Assembly (NCBI GenBank): GCA_004431415.1
Contig: QPMI01000640.1
Location: 1-64,000 of the forward strand
DNA length: 64,000 nucleotides
Source: Cyanophora paradoxa CCMP329
Lineage: Eukaryota; Plantae; Glaucophyta
Reading direction: 5' to 3'
Below are positions 33,704 to 45,459 of this stretch, one piece after another. Made by a program: the position numbers and the translations under genes. The notes under the pieces were generated by a model. That model was given only the letters and a program-made list of their open reading frames with translations. It did not search any database and had not been told where the DNA came from. How positions within the stretch are numbered: the first letter of the stretch is position 1; every line of letters begins with the position of its first letter.

Positions 33704-36700
33704 CTAGAGGAGGGCGGGGTGCGGGGCGAGGTCTGTCACCTCGACGGCCGCCCCGAGGTCCCACAGGCCCCACTTCTCCGCCACGTTGTGGATGAGGGGC
33801 CGCCCCTCCGCCGCCGCCCGCTTGTACTCCTCCAGCAGCGCCGGCGGCGTCATCGGGCGCGTCACGTGCCTGCGCGCGCGGGCGAGGGCCTTCACGCAGC
33901 GCCCGCTGGGAGCGGCGGGCGGGGCGGGCGGGGCGCACTCGGCGACGTGGTCCTGCGGGGCCGGCGCGGGGGCGGGGGCGGGTGAGGGCGGGGCGGGGGG
34001 AGGCGCTGGAGGCCGGGGCGGGCCTGGTGGAAGGCGACGATGGGGGCCTTCAGAAAAACGTAGAAGAGGCTCATTGACGAAAACGTGGCGGGGAGGAAGG
34101 CGTCGCAGAAGGAGGAGGTCGCGTGCTCGGGGTAGCCCCGCGCCGCCCGCCAGCGCTCCCCGTGCGCCAGCAGGAAGTCCCCCGGGAAGTCCATCGTCAG
34201 CTGCCCGAAGCTGCCCCCGCGCGGGTGCGCATGCGGCCTCAGCGTCGGAGGCGTCCGCCGCGCGGCGGGGCGGGGCGCGGGGCGCACTCGGAGACGAGGT
34301 GGCCCTCCCAGTCGGTGGGCCCCCGGGCCTCCGCCGGGGGCCCGGCGTGGCGCGGGGCGGGGGGCCCCCGGGGGCGCCGCCGAGAGCTCCGCCCACTCGG
34401 CGTACGGCATCGCCCGCTCCTTCGTGAGGAAGATCGGGCTGCGGGGCGCGGCGTCGGCGGGGGCCGCGAGGGGCGCGCGGGCGGGGCGCGGGGGCCGGGG
34501 CGCGACTTGGAGCGGGAGCGGCGGAGGAAGTCGGCGAGGACGGCGGCGCGGGGCGCCTCGGGCAGGTGCGTCCCGTTCGCGTCGAAGCTGCGGGCGCCTC
34601 AGGGAGGGGGCGGGGGGGTGCGGGGGCCGGGGCGGGCCGGCGGGCGAGGTAGAAGGCGTCGGGGCGGAGGCGGCGGGCGGCGAGGGCGGCAAAGAAGGCG
34701 TCGGGGAGCAGCACGTCCTGGTTCGTCACCAGCACGTACTCCCCCCGCGCCCGCCGCACCCCCGCGTTCTTCCCCACCCACTCGAACAGCGGCTGCCGCC
34801 CGCCTCGGCCGGCCGGAGGGCGCGGGGTGGATGCGCGGGGGCGGGCGCACGATCTTGGCGTGGTTGGGGAAGCGCCTGTGGACGCCCGGCGGCACCCGCA
34901 CGAAGCTGCCGGCGGCGGCGGCGGTGAGGCGGGCGGCCCTAGTAGCGTCCTCGCGGCGTGCACCGGTAGGTGAGGTTGTGGCGGACCGGCCACTCGTACT
35001 CCTCCATTACGCTCCTGCGAGGGGGTTCGGGCGCGCGGCGAGCGGGGAGGAGCGGGCCGGTGCCGGCGCCCTCGGCCGCACCGGCGGCCCGGGGGCGTGT
35101 TCCAGTCGACGACGACGAGCTCGAGGGGGGCGCCCGCCCGCCCCGCCCCATCCGCCAGCGAGTTCAGGAACACCTGGAACCTGCGCGGGAGGTGAGAGGG
35201 GCCCGCAGCGGGCATAGGCCTCCGGGGCGGGGCGGGAGGACCGGCGGCGAAGGCCCCCGCCGTAGTCGTCGTTCCTCGTCACCTGCGGGGCGCTCGGAGG
35301 GGCGCTCGCGGCGGGGGCGGGGGCTGGGGCCGGCGCACGACGACGATGGAGAGGTACGGGGCCGGCCACCCGCGCGCCCCGCCCTTCCTCGGCCCCTTGC
35401 GGGGCCCCGCGGGGGGCGGCGTCGGGGCGCCCGGGCTGGAGGGGCAGCGCGCGGCGGCCGGCGGCGGGGCGGCGCCGGCGGCGGAGAGGTCGGCCAGCCA
35501 CGACTCCGCGAGCGCTGCCGGCGCTCAGGGGGCTCGGAGCGGGGCGGGACGGCGGGGCGGGGGCACGGGGAGGCCCGGGGCAAGGTGCCCCAGGCGGGGT
35601 CGGAGGCGTTGGCGGCGAGGGCCTCGGCGGCGGCGGCGAGGGAGCGCAGCGCCCCCGCCGCCCGCCCCCTCGGGCTCCCGCCACGCCGCGAGCGCCTCCG
35701 CCAGCGCCCCGCCCCGCGCCTCCAGCAGCAGCTCCGCCGCTCGCGCCGCCCGCCCCGCGCCGGGGCCGGCTGCACGGCCCCCGGGGGGCGACGGCGGCGC
35801 GCCGGCAGCCGCCGGCCGGCGTCCACAGGAGCCGCTGCGCGAGCATGTCCCGCACTGCGGCGGCGGCGGCGGTCAGGCGCGTGGGCCAGAGCGGGGGATG
35901 GGAGGGCGGGAGGGGCCGGGGGCGCGCGGGCGGCGGCGAGGCGGGGGTCGGGGCCGGGGGCGGCAGGGCGGCCCAGAGGGCGTCGCGGGCGTAGAGGGCG
36001 CCGGGCGCCGCCTCTCCGAAGAAGAGGCCCCGCGCCAGCAGCGTCGGCCCGCGCCCCGCTCCTCCCGCCCATCGCCACCCGGGCGCGCCCGGGGGCCGGG
36101 GAAGAGCAGCAGCGGCGCGCGCCGGTGCGGCGGCGGGGCGCGCAGGCGGACGAGGGGCGGGATGCGGGGCGGGGGCCTCGCCGGGGAGAGGGCGGGGAAG
36201 AGCCGCGAGGCGGTGACGAGGGCGGCGGGTGCGGGGGCGGGGTGGAGGGCGGCGGTGGGAGGGCCCAGGGCGGGGCGGGGCAGCGGGGGCGGGAGGGGGG
36301 CGGCGGGGACGGGGGCCCCGAAGTAGAAGGCGGGGTCCGGCACGTCCAGCACCGCCGTCGCCCCCCGCTGCGCCTGCGCCAGAGTGAGGCGCCACCGGCA
36401 GGAGGGAGGGGGCGAGGGGCGGGCGGGGCGCGGGCGGACGGCGAAGAGGATGCCGAGGAGGCGGCGCGCGGGGCCGCGGGGCGGCAGCAGCGCCTCCACC
36501 GCCCACCCCGCCCCCGCTGCCTGCGCCTCGAGCTCCGGCAACGCGGCGACGGCGGCAGCAGCGCTGCGGAGGCGGGCGGCGGGCGCACGCGGGGGCGTCG
36601 AGGAGGTGGAGGGAGGAGTTCGGGGCACGGCGGCGAGGATGGCGGCGGGCAGGCCCGGCGCGCACGCCACCGCCACCACCTGCCAGCCTGCGCCCGCCCG

Positions 36701-38773
36701 CACTCAGCGAGGGCGAGGGCCCGGCGGGAGGCGCGCGCCGTCGACGGCGGCGGCAGCCCAGCGGGCGAGGGCCTCCGGGGCCGTCCCCTCGTCCACGCCC
36801 AGCACCGCCCACGGCTGCTCCGCTTCCGCCTCCGCAGGCCCCGCCGCCGCCTCCTCCGCGGCCCCCGCCCCCGCCGTGCCGTCCCCCGCGGAAAGGAGGC
36901 GGTCGCCGGGGGCGTTGGGGAGCGCGGCGCCGCCCTCGCCGAGGGACGCCAGCGCCCGATCCTCCCCGGCGTCTGCCCGCCCCTCGGCCCCGCCCCCGCT
37001 CGAGGCGATGCGGCGCACGCGCGCGCACCCCGGTAGGAAAAGGGGAAGGGGGCGGAGGCCTGCCCGCCGACCTCCACCTGCACCCCCGTGAGCGGCCGGT
37101 CGCTCGGCCCGGCGAGCGGGGGCGGGCCTGGAGGGAGCGGGGCCGGCGGGAGAGGGCCGGCGGGGCGACGCAGGCGACCGTCTGGTGCGCAGCCGCGACG
37201 AAGGCCCCTGCCGCCCCGCTCGCCCGGGCGGCGCCGGCGGGGGGCGGAGCGGGGCGGGGAGGGGCACCGGGCAGGGGCGGCCGTCGAGGAGGATGCGGAC
37301 GGGGCGCCGTAGGGCCCATGTTCCACCCGGCCGCCACGAGGAGGCCGCCCTCGAGGGGCGGCGCGGCCACGGCGGCGACCTCCGGGGGCAGGTAGGCGAA
37401 GCGGGCGCGGGGCGAGGGGCGCGAGGCCCGCCCGAAGACGCGCACGAGGACCTCGTGGCCGGCCCCGATGCCCGGAGGCAGCGCGCACGCCAGGCTGTAG
37501 TGCGGGGCGGGGGCGGCCGGGGCAGGGCACGGGGCGCCGCCGACGCTGACCTCGCGCGCCTCGCCGGGCTCGAGCTCGGCCGGCCCGAGGCCGATGCCGT
37601 AGAGCTGGAGGGTGCCGCCGGCGGTGGGGGCGGGGGCGACGAGGGCGACCTCGGGCTCGGCGGCGGTGCGGACGGCGATGCGCATCTCGAGCCGCAGCGG
37701 GACGGCCGCCAGGCTCTTCACCACCAGGTAGAGGGCCTCCCCGGCCGGCGCCCCCGCCCGCACAGCCCCCCGCGCACCCTGCCGCACCGCCCCCGCCTTC
37801 ACGCTCCCCTCCTCTGCGCGCCCCGCCTCAGAGGGAGGGGCGGGGGCGGGGGGCGCGCGGGGGGCGCGGGGGCACCGTAGTAGGCGAGGGGGAGGCCGCC
37901 CTGGGCGCGCTCGACGTTGAAGGCGTCCGAGACGAAGACGGCGACGGGCCCCTCGGGGCTCGTCCCGAAGCTGTACGCCAGGTGGCACGGGCACGGGCCC
38001 CCCGAGGAGAAGAGGGCCACGCCGCCGGCCTCGAGCTCCTTCGCCGAGTGCGCGGCGCTCGTGATCTCCGCGTGGTGCGAGACGGCCACCGGCCGCCCCT
38101 CGCTCAGGTTCTCGATGACGACGATCAGCTGCTCCACCGGCTTCCCCAGCGCCGTCACGTCCACCGACACCATCCGCGTCTCCTGCGCGCCGCCCAGCGA
38201 GGCCGCGAGGCCGCTCAGGCGCCGCGCCGGAGGCGGGCCGGGTGGGGCCGGCGGCGGCGGCGCGGGCGGACCTCCCATGCGTCGAAGTACGAGAACTCCT
38301 TCCGCGCTTCGAAGAGCGCGAAGTTTGGCGGGTCCTGCCCGCCCCTGCGCTTAGCTATGACCGTGGACATGGGCGCCGGCCGCCGCGAGGCGCTTTTACA
38401 TGTGCAAGGCAGCGGCCAGCAGTCGACGGCACCGATAGACCCGTTGTGATTAAAAAAATTTAATTTATCGGAGGAGCGCGGCGGACCATCAGGTAGACCG
38501 TCACGTTGTCCTCCGCCATGAGAAGCATCGAGTAGAGGCACGGGCACGGCCCTGCGCGGGGCGGTGATCAGGAGCGGCTGGCACACGCTGCACACGGCGT
38601 ACGCGGGCGGCGCTACGCATACGAGCGGCGCATTCGCGGTCCGCACCATTCCGCAGGCTCACGTATAGGCCAGCGGGGACCTGCACCTCGTCCGCGGCGG
38701 CAAGCGCGGCGAGGAGCGCCAGCGCGACCGCCAATGCGAGGCCCAGCGCACCCGCCGCGCCGCTGGGCCGCAT
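33704..38773 (-). CDS. Secreted/lumenal multidomain protein: signal peptide, two GPCPC-containing repeats, two IPT/TIG-like domains, C-terminal GT-A (GT2-like) glycosyltransferase
   Basis: Signal MRPSGAAGALGLALAVALALLAALAAA/DEV; repeats PCPCLYSMLL..VTVYLM and GPCPCHLAYSF..VAVFVS; TIG PTAGGTLQLYGIGLG..VSVGGAPC..SLACALPPGIG..FAYLPPEV; GT PYLSIVV|VTRNDDYGG..LELVVVDWN..EWVGKNAGVRRARGEYVLVTNQDVLL..GDFLLAHGERWRAARGYPE. Confidence 0.65.
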
Positions 38774-38850
38774 GCTCGCAGGTCGGCAATTCCGGCTGCG
38801 GGATGCAATGTGGCGGGCCCTAGTCAAATTCGACCGGTACCCTGGCGCAG
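38774..38850. promoter_or_regulatory. 77-bp bidirectional promoter region between the IPT-GT gene and murB
   Basis: Divergent ATGs at 38773 (-) and 38851 (+). Confidence 0.5.
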
Positions 38851-40463
38851 ATGGCCGCTTTCGTGTCCGCGGGCCTTGCGAGGCCGCTGAGCACGTGCCG
38901 CGATGTTGGAGAGAGCAGCTTCGTCGGCTGCCCCGTACAGGAGCCCGCGAAGACGGCCCCTCGCAGCGCGGCCCGGACGCTCATCAGCTGGGTCGGCACG
39001 GCGCGTCCCCGCCGCGCATTCATTGCAAGAGCTTCCTCTGCATCACCCCAGCTTCCCGCCCACAGCCCAGTCGGTGCGTCGCTCTCCGTGTCTTTCGCGC
39101 CAAACCTGCCGCGGTGCAGCGGCGAAACCACGGCGCACTCTGAAGTGCCCCGTCGCGCGTACACGCAGCGTCGGGATCGGGGCTCGCCTCGCAGCTGCCC
39201 GCGGTGCGCGGCAAGTACCAGGATAACTACCCGCTGAGCAAGCTGACCTGGTTCGGCGTCGGCGGCCGTGCGGAGGTGCGAGGCTTATGCGGGCGGCAAT
39301 CCGCGGGGCGCGCATGCTCGCCCGAGCATCGCCCCCGCCGATCGGGCGGCGGGGGGGCGCAGGTGCTCTTCACGCCGGAGGACGAGGAGGACCTGGCGGA
39401 GTTCCTCGCGAAGAAGCCGGCCGGCGTGCCCGTGACGGTGATCGGCGTCGGGTCGAACCTGCTCGTCCGCGACGGCGGCGTCGACGGCGTCGTCGTCCGC
39501 ATGGGCAAGGTGCCCACCCCGCGCCCCTCGGCGCCCCCGCACGGGTGCCGAGGGCGGGCGGCGCAGGCATTCGCCGAGGTGCGCGTGGAGGGCGTGAACG
39601 TGACGGCCGGCGCCGCCGCCCTCGACCTCAACGTCTCCAAGGCCTGCCGCGGTGCCCGGCCCCGCCCCCGCCCGCCCCGCCCCGTGTCGAGGCGAGCGGC
39701 GGGGCAGACGCCGGCGTGGCGGGCTTCGAGTTCCTGAGCGGGATCCCCGGGACGGTGGGCGGGATGCTGAAGATGAACGCGGGGGCGTACGGGGACGATG
39801 CCTCGAAGGTGGTGTTGAGCGCGCGGGCGGTGGACCCGCAGGGGACCCTCCGCGAGCTCCTCCCCGCCGACCTCGGCTTCTCCTACCGCCACAGCGCCGT
39901 CCCCGACGGTCCCCCCGCCCCGCCCCGCCCGCCCCGCCACGCTCGAGCGCGCGGGTACGCAGGCTGGGTCTTCGTGTCGGCGCGGATGGCGGGGCGGGCG
40001 GACAGCGTGGAGGCGATCGCGGGGCGGATGGCGAAGATCCAGGCGGACCGGGAGGCGTCGCAGCCGATCCGGAGCCGCACGGGGGGCTCCACCTTCGCCA
40101 ACCCCCCCAACGAGCAGGGCCTCCGCGCCTGGCAGCTCGTCGACGCCGTCGGCGGCCGCGGCCTCCGCAGGGGCGGCGCCATGGTGCCCGCCCCGCGCCG
40201 CCTGGCTCCGGGCGGGAGGGTGGTGAGGGGCGTCGGGGCGCAGATCTCGGAGAAGCACTGCAACTTCATGATCAACACGGGGGACGCCAGCGCCGCCGAC
40301 CTCGAGGACCTCGGCGACGAGATCATCCGGTCCGCCCCGCACGCTCAGCGCGCGACCCCTCGCCCCGACTCACAGCCGGCCGGCCCCGCCCGCCAGCCGC
40401 GTGCGGGAGCAGTTCGGCATCGAGATGCGGTGGGAGATCCAGAGGATAGGCAAGCGCCTCTAG
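38851..40463 (+). CDS. murB: UDP-N-acetylenolpyruvoylglucosamine reductase with N-terminal plastid transit peptide
   Basis: Transit peptide [30 protein letters not shown]. Mature part [11 protein letters not shown]|[81 protein letters not shown]. Several spliceosomal introns; stop 40461-40463. Confidence 0.95.
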
Positions 40464-40618
40464 CTCGACGCAGACGCCGCTCATTGCTCTTCATGTTACC
40501 GAGAACGAAACCCGATGACATCGATCATGAACGCCTTGATGCTGCACCACGAGCGATCAAATTTGGGGGGTCGGAGTCTCGGGGGATCCGGGGGGAAGGA
40601 GTCGGGGATACGGCAAAG

Positions 40619-43600
40619 ATGGCGAGCCGACGGGACGCCGCGGGCCAGGCCGCGCAGCACCCGGTTTTCTCCAAGATACGAGCACCGCGAATCGATAGCT
40701 CGAGCACGAACCTTGCCGCGGTATCGGGCGACTGGGTTTACACATACGGCGACGATGGCGACAATGGCACGGCCCTTTACTGCGCGGACATCAAGCGCCT
40801 CAACAGCCGCAGCGTAGAGGCGCGCCGCTCGCTTTGCTCCGCCCGTGGCGCTCACGTTCGTGCAGACCATTCGGCTGGAGCCGCCGCCGGACTTTCAGGT
40901 GCTGCAGCTGCTGCTGAACAGCACCGGCGAATATGCTGCCTTCGTGGGCGAGCGCCAGATCTACGTCGGCTTCGTCAAGCGGCCGCACGGCGCCGCGCGG
41001 CCTCACAAGTCGGGCGCGAGCGAGCCGAGCTTCTGCCGGTGCGGGCGCGTGGCACATTGCGCCCGCGGACGAGCGGCTGAGGCGTCGCGGGGACAGGACG
41101 GTGCCGCTTGGGGAGGAGTACCTGGAGGCGGCGATCGTGCAGGCGGCGTGGCACCCGCTGAGCGAGTCGCACCTCGCCGTCCTCTCCGACGACGGCCTCC
41201 TCCGGTCGGCCCGCACGCGCCCTCGCCTGCCCCCGCCGAGGCTCACCTCCGCGCGGCAGCCTCTTCGACCTCTCGCGGGACCTCTACGAGCCGGAGCAGA
41301 CCATCTCCGCCCGCGCCGTCGGCGGCCAGCCGGACGCGCGCCCCGCCGGCCCCGGCCCCGCCGCCTCTGCGCTGGCTCGTGACGCGGGGCGGCGCGCAGG
41401 GCGGGGAAGAGGAGGGGCCGGAGGAGATCGAGGGGGACCGGGTGGTGGCGTTCGAGTTCGGGGCGGCGCGCGGCTGGGAGGCCTTCGCCCTCTACTTCCT
41501 CTACGCCTCCGGCGACCTCCGCGCCCTCTGCCCCGTAGTCCCCTACGGCGGGTCCGCCTCCCGCCTTGGCCTCCGCCGGCGCGGGGCGGGGCTGACGCTG
41601 GCGGGGGCAGGCGGGTGCCGGTGTCGCTGCTGACGGGGCTGTGCGACGGGCTGCGGGAGGGCGTCGGGGCGGCCCCCGCCGGCAGCCTGCCCCGCCAGGT
41701 CCGCTGGCAGCTCCACTGGCTCGCCGAGATCGCCGGTGCGTTGCCGGCCAGCCGCAGCGCGGCACCGCGCCGGCTGCGAGCGGGCGGGGCCAGGGTGCGG
41801 GCCGGCGGGGCGGATGAGACGGCGGACCTCTCCCTGGAGGCCCTGCGCGCCCTCTTCCTCGCCGCCGCCAAGCGGCCCCGCCCCGCCGCCCCCGCCCGCC
41901 CCCGCGCCCCGCTCGGCGCCCCCCACGTCGAGCCCCCGCTGAGCGCGCCGCCGGGGCCGGCTTCTTCCGGACGCGGCCGCCGAGCCTGGCGAGCCGGGTC
42001 TCGCGGCGGGGCCTGGAGCTGCAGGGCCCGTTCGCGTACGAGCGGCTGAACCCGGCGCCGGCGCTCGAGGAGGGGGCCTACGTGGCGCTGGCGCGCGTCG
42101 GGGCGGGGCCGCCGGCGCTCGCCTGCGCCACGCGCGAGGGCCGCCTGCGCCTCCTCGTCGCCCTCGAGGAGCTCGCCCCCCGCTGGCTCGACGACGTCCG
42201 CCCCGCCCCGCCCCGCCCCGCCCCGCCACCGCCCAAGCTCACACCCGCCCAGCGCGACGCGGCCGCCGAGGAGGAGGCCCCGCCCCCCGCCCTGCTTCTC
42301 GTCGAGACCCTCGAGCTCCCGTGCCCCTCCCCCGCCCTCTTCCCCGACCCGACCTACCGGTGCCCCCGCCCCGCCCCCCCGCCGGCGCCTTTGGCGCTAA
42401 GCGGTGGGGGCAGGGAGCGGGTGTACGTGCGGCACGGGCGGGGGGTGCACTGCGTGCAGCTGCCGTGGCTGGCGGCGCTGCAGGCCTTTCTGCGCGACGC
42501 CGAGGCCGGCGCCCCGGGCCGCCTCCCCGAGCTGCCCCCGGCCCTCCCCTTCCCCCTCCTCCACACCGCCCGCCCCGGGCCCCTCCCCGCCGCCCTCGTC
42601 CTCAGCGACCCCGTCGCCGGGTACATGCTCCTCGCCGTCACCCGCGAGGGGCGGCCCCTCGGCGTGCCCCTCGCCTCCACCCTCGCCACCTGGGCCCCCG
42701 CCCCGCAGCTCGCCCTCGCCCCGCTGCCCCTGCCCCTCCCCGCCCCCGCCCCCGCCCCCGCCCCAGCACGCCGGGCCCAGCCACGCCGGCGCGCGGGGCG
42801 GAGGGGCGCTGGAGGGCCCCGCGGGGCGGTGCCGCCCCTCTCCCGCCTCCTCGAGCCCCTCCTCAGCCCCCAGCGCCGCGCCGCCCGCCGCGCCGCCGCC
42901 CTCGCCCCGCCCCAGCCCCCGCCCCCTCCGGTGCGGCGGGCCCCTTCCCCCCCTTGCCCGCCCGGGCGTGGGCGACGGGGCGCAGGGGCGCGACGGACGG
43001 GACGCTGGAGTGGCTGCAGAAGTGCGTGGGGCGATGAAGGAGGGGTACGTGGTGGACCTCACGCGGGTGTGCGAGGAGACGCTGGGGCGGCTGGAGCTGC
43101 TGGAGGGCGTCGAGGTGCACCAGAACGGCCAGCTCGAGGCCCTCCACGCCCGCGTCCGCGCCCCGCCCGCCCCGCGCCCCCGCCCCCGCGCCCCGCGCCG
43201 AGGCCGCGGGGCAGCTCGAGGGCCTCGACGGGCGCGCCGAGCGCCTCGAGGAGGCCGTGCGCCGCGCCTCCGCCCGCCAGGAGCAGCTCGCCGCCCGCGC
43301 CCACGCCGCCCTCCGCGCCCTCACCCGCGCCCGGTCCCCGCTCCCACCCCGCCCCGCCCCTGCCCCCGCCGCTCACGGGGGGCAGGCCGCCGGAGGCGTC
43401 GGAGGCGGAGAAGGAGTGGAGGGGCCGGCTGGAGCAGCGGCGGGAGGCGTGCGGGAAGTTCGAGGAGCGCCTCAACGCCGTCGAGCGCCGCGCCGGCCGC
43501 GCCGGCCTCCTCTTCCCCCGCCCCGCCGGGAACGGCGCCGTCCCCGTGGCGCTCCCCGTGGGGAGCGGGGGCGCCGAGGCGGGCGGGGGCGCGCTCTCGG

Positions 43601-43713
43601 AGCAGCAGATGGGGCGGGTGAAGTACGTGCTGGAGGACGAGGCGGGGATGGTCCGGGAGAACGTCGCCGCCGTCCGCCGCCTCCACGAGGCCCTCGACGC
43701 CCTCCGCCTCTAG
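40619..43713 (+). CDS. NUP88: Nucleoporin Nup88/Nup82 family
   Basis: Beta-propeller PDFQVLQLLLNSTGEYAAFVG, IVQAAWHPLSESHLAVLSDDGLLR|LFDLSRDLYEPEQ, WEAFALYFLYASGDLRALCPVVP, LQGPF. C-terminal coiled coil SEAEKEW...LSEQQMGRVKYVLEDE. Confidence 0.85.
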
Positions 43714-45459
43714 CCCGCCCCCGCCCCCCGGCCCCTCCCCCACCATCCCCCGCCTCCCAGGCTCCAGACACCGTGAGAGAATCATGATCACTGACTTGGG
43801 CGCCCCGTGCACTTCGAGAAACATACAGGCTGCAGACAGAACGCCTACAAGCTAGACGGATCTCAACTTTGGGGCTCCAGTTCGTGGGGTTGGACCACGA
43901 GGGGCCCGGGGCGCCCAGCCCGCCATCCTTAACTTGTTGGTCATGATCAACGCAGCGCTGCGCTATACACAGCACAAGTAGTCTAGGGCGCATCTAGGGC
44001 GACACCCTAGATACTATCTAGTGGTCATCTGGGGAGTAGTCCGGACACCAGATGAGCCCTAGATGATTTTTTTTTCCTATCTAGGGTGCGCAACTAGGGC
44101 TTATTTCGGGCTATCGCGCCCCTAGCAAAAGCGGCCCACGCTTGCACCCCGCGCCATCGCAGCAATCAAAAGAGCTCTCGTCCATTGTACTATCACGTAG
44201 CTCTAGCTAGCTACAGCTAACACTAGCGATAGCTCTGCAGCTAGCTAGTCACTACAGCTCTAGCTAGCTAGCTAACGCTAAAAGCTATGCTATCGTCCGA
44301 TGTAGCTTGTAGCGCTCGCCGCCGTGGCGCCGCCGCCTGCCACTCCGCTGCTCCCGCCGCCTGCCCTCCTTGACTCTCCAGGCGCCCGGCGGCCTGCACA
44401 CAGGAAGTAAGGACGAGCCCTGAAGCGCTGTGGCGGACGGCGGGGCAAAGCACTAAGCGATTAAGTTGTAAGCCAGGAGTGCACAAAGGACTAGCGCTAG
44501 CATTCGCGGCGCAAAGGTTTAGCGCGCGTACCGCAGGTCGGCAGGGGAAAAGAAGAAGGCGTCAATCTGGGAGCTCGAGCCATCAACACGGGACGAGCCA
44601 CGAGACGAAACAACACGGGACGACGAACCACGGCTTCGCCTGGAACCGGGCCCACTGCGGTCAATCCTACAGGCCGGTCGTGCTCATCGATGAGGATGCA
44701 CTCGTCGGAGCTTCCTTTGGTGTGTCGTCGGCACAAAGACCCCGGAAAGCCGGATTAGGCAGGTGTCGGCTGTTCGGACCTGGCCAATTGCAAGGCGTCG
44801 GAATTCGCGTCTCGGCGCTCGGAAGGGTCGCCGTCCACTCTAAAGGGCTAGTTAGCGAGCGTGGCACCAAGTGGGCGGCGGGAGACCGACCGCGGCGGGT
44901 GTCCGTTAGTCCGACATGTGCGTGAACAGGACAGTCTGCGCATGAACAAGAGGCAAAAGCACGCTAGGAGTCGCGGCTCGGCGCTGCTGCTCGGGCGCCG
45001 GCCAGCCCGGTCGAGAAAGCCAGCCTGCAGTGCCGTTGACGAAGGTCATTTGGATATGTACCCCGGTTTGATTGCGTACCCAACTGCCAAACTGCCCGGT
45101 TACTGCCGCAACTGCCGCAACTGCCGCCACCAAATCAGCCCCGCGCAGTACTAGTTGCGGGAAGCATACAGAGCCCGAGGACACCAAGAACTGGCGCGGC
45201 GCGATCTGGCGAGAGGCAACCGATAAACAGCCCGAGCCGCTAGCGAGCGAAAAGCCTCGTGCGTGCCACTTCTAGTACAATGTCTCCTACGAGTCCCCAG
45301 GGCTAAGTACTCCGTGGCGCAGGGCGACTCGGCGACACAGCGCAGATGCTGACGCAGCGCGATCCATGCGGGGACCCGCCCTTGCGGCAAGCGATATGAA
45401 CAGTTCGTACCACACTCAGAAGTTTTCTCATAGACAAGTCATGGGGCCGCCGCATGGGG

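Noticed and set aside
38851-40463. murB as bacterial contamination
   Set aside because: It has host-style introns and a transit peptide and is flanked by eukaryotic genes (Nup88).
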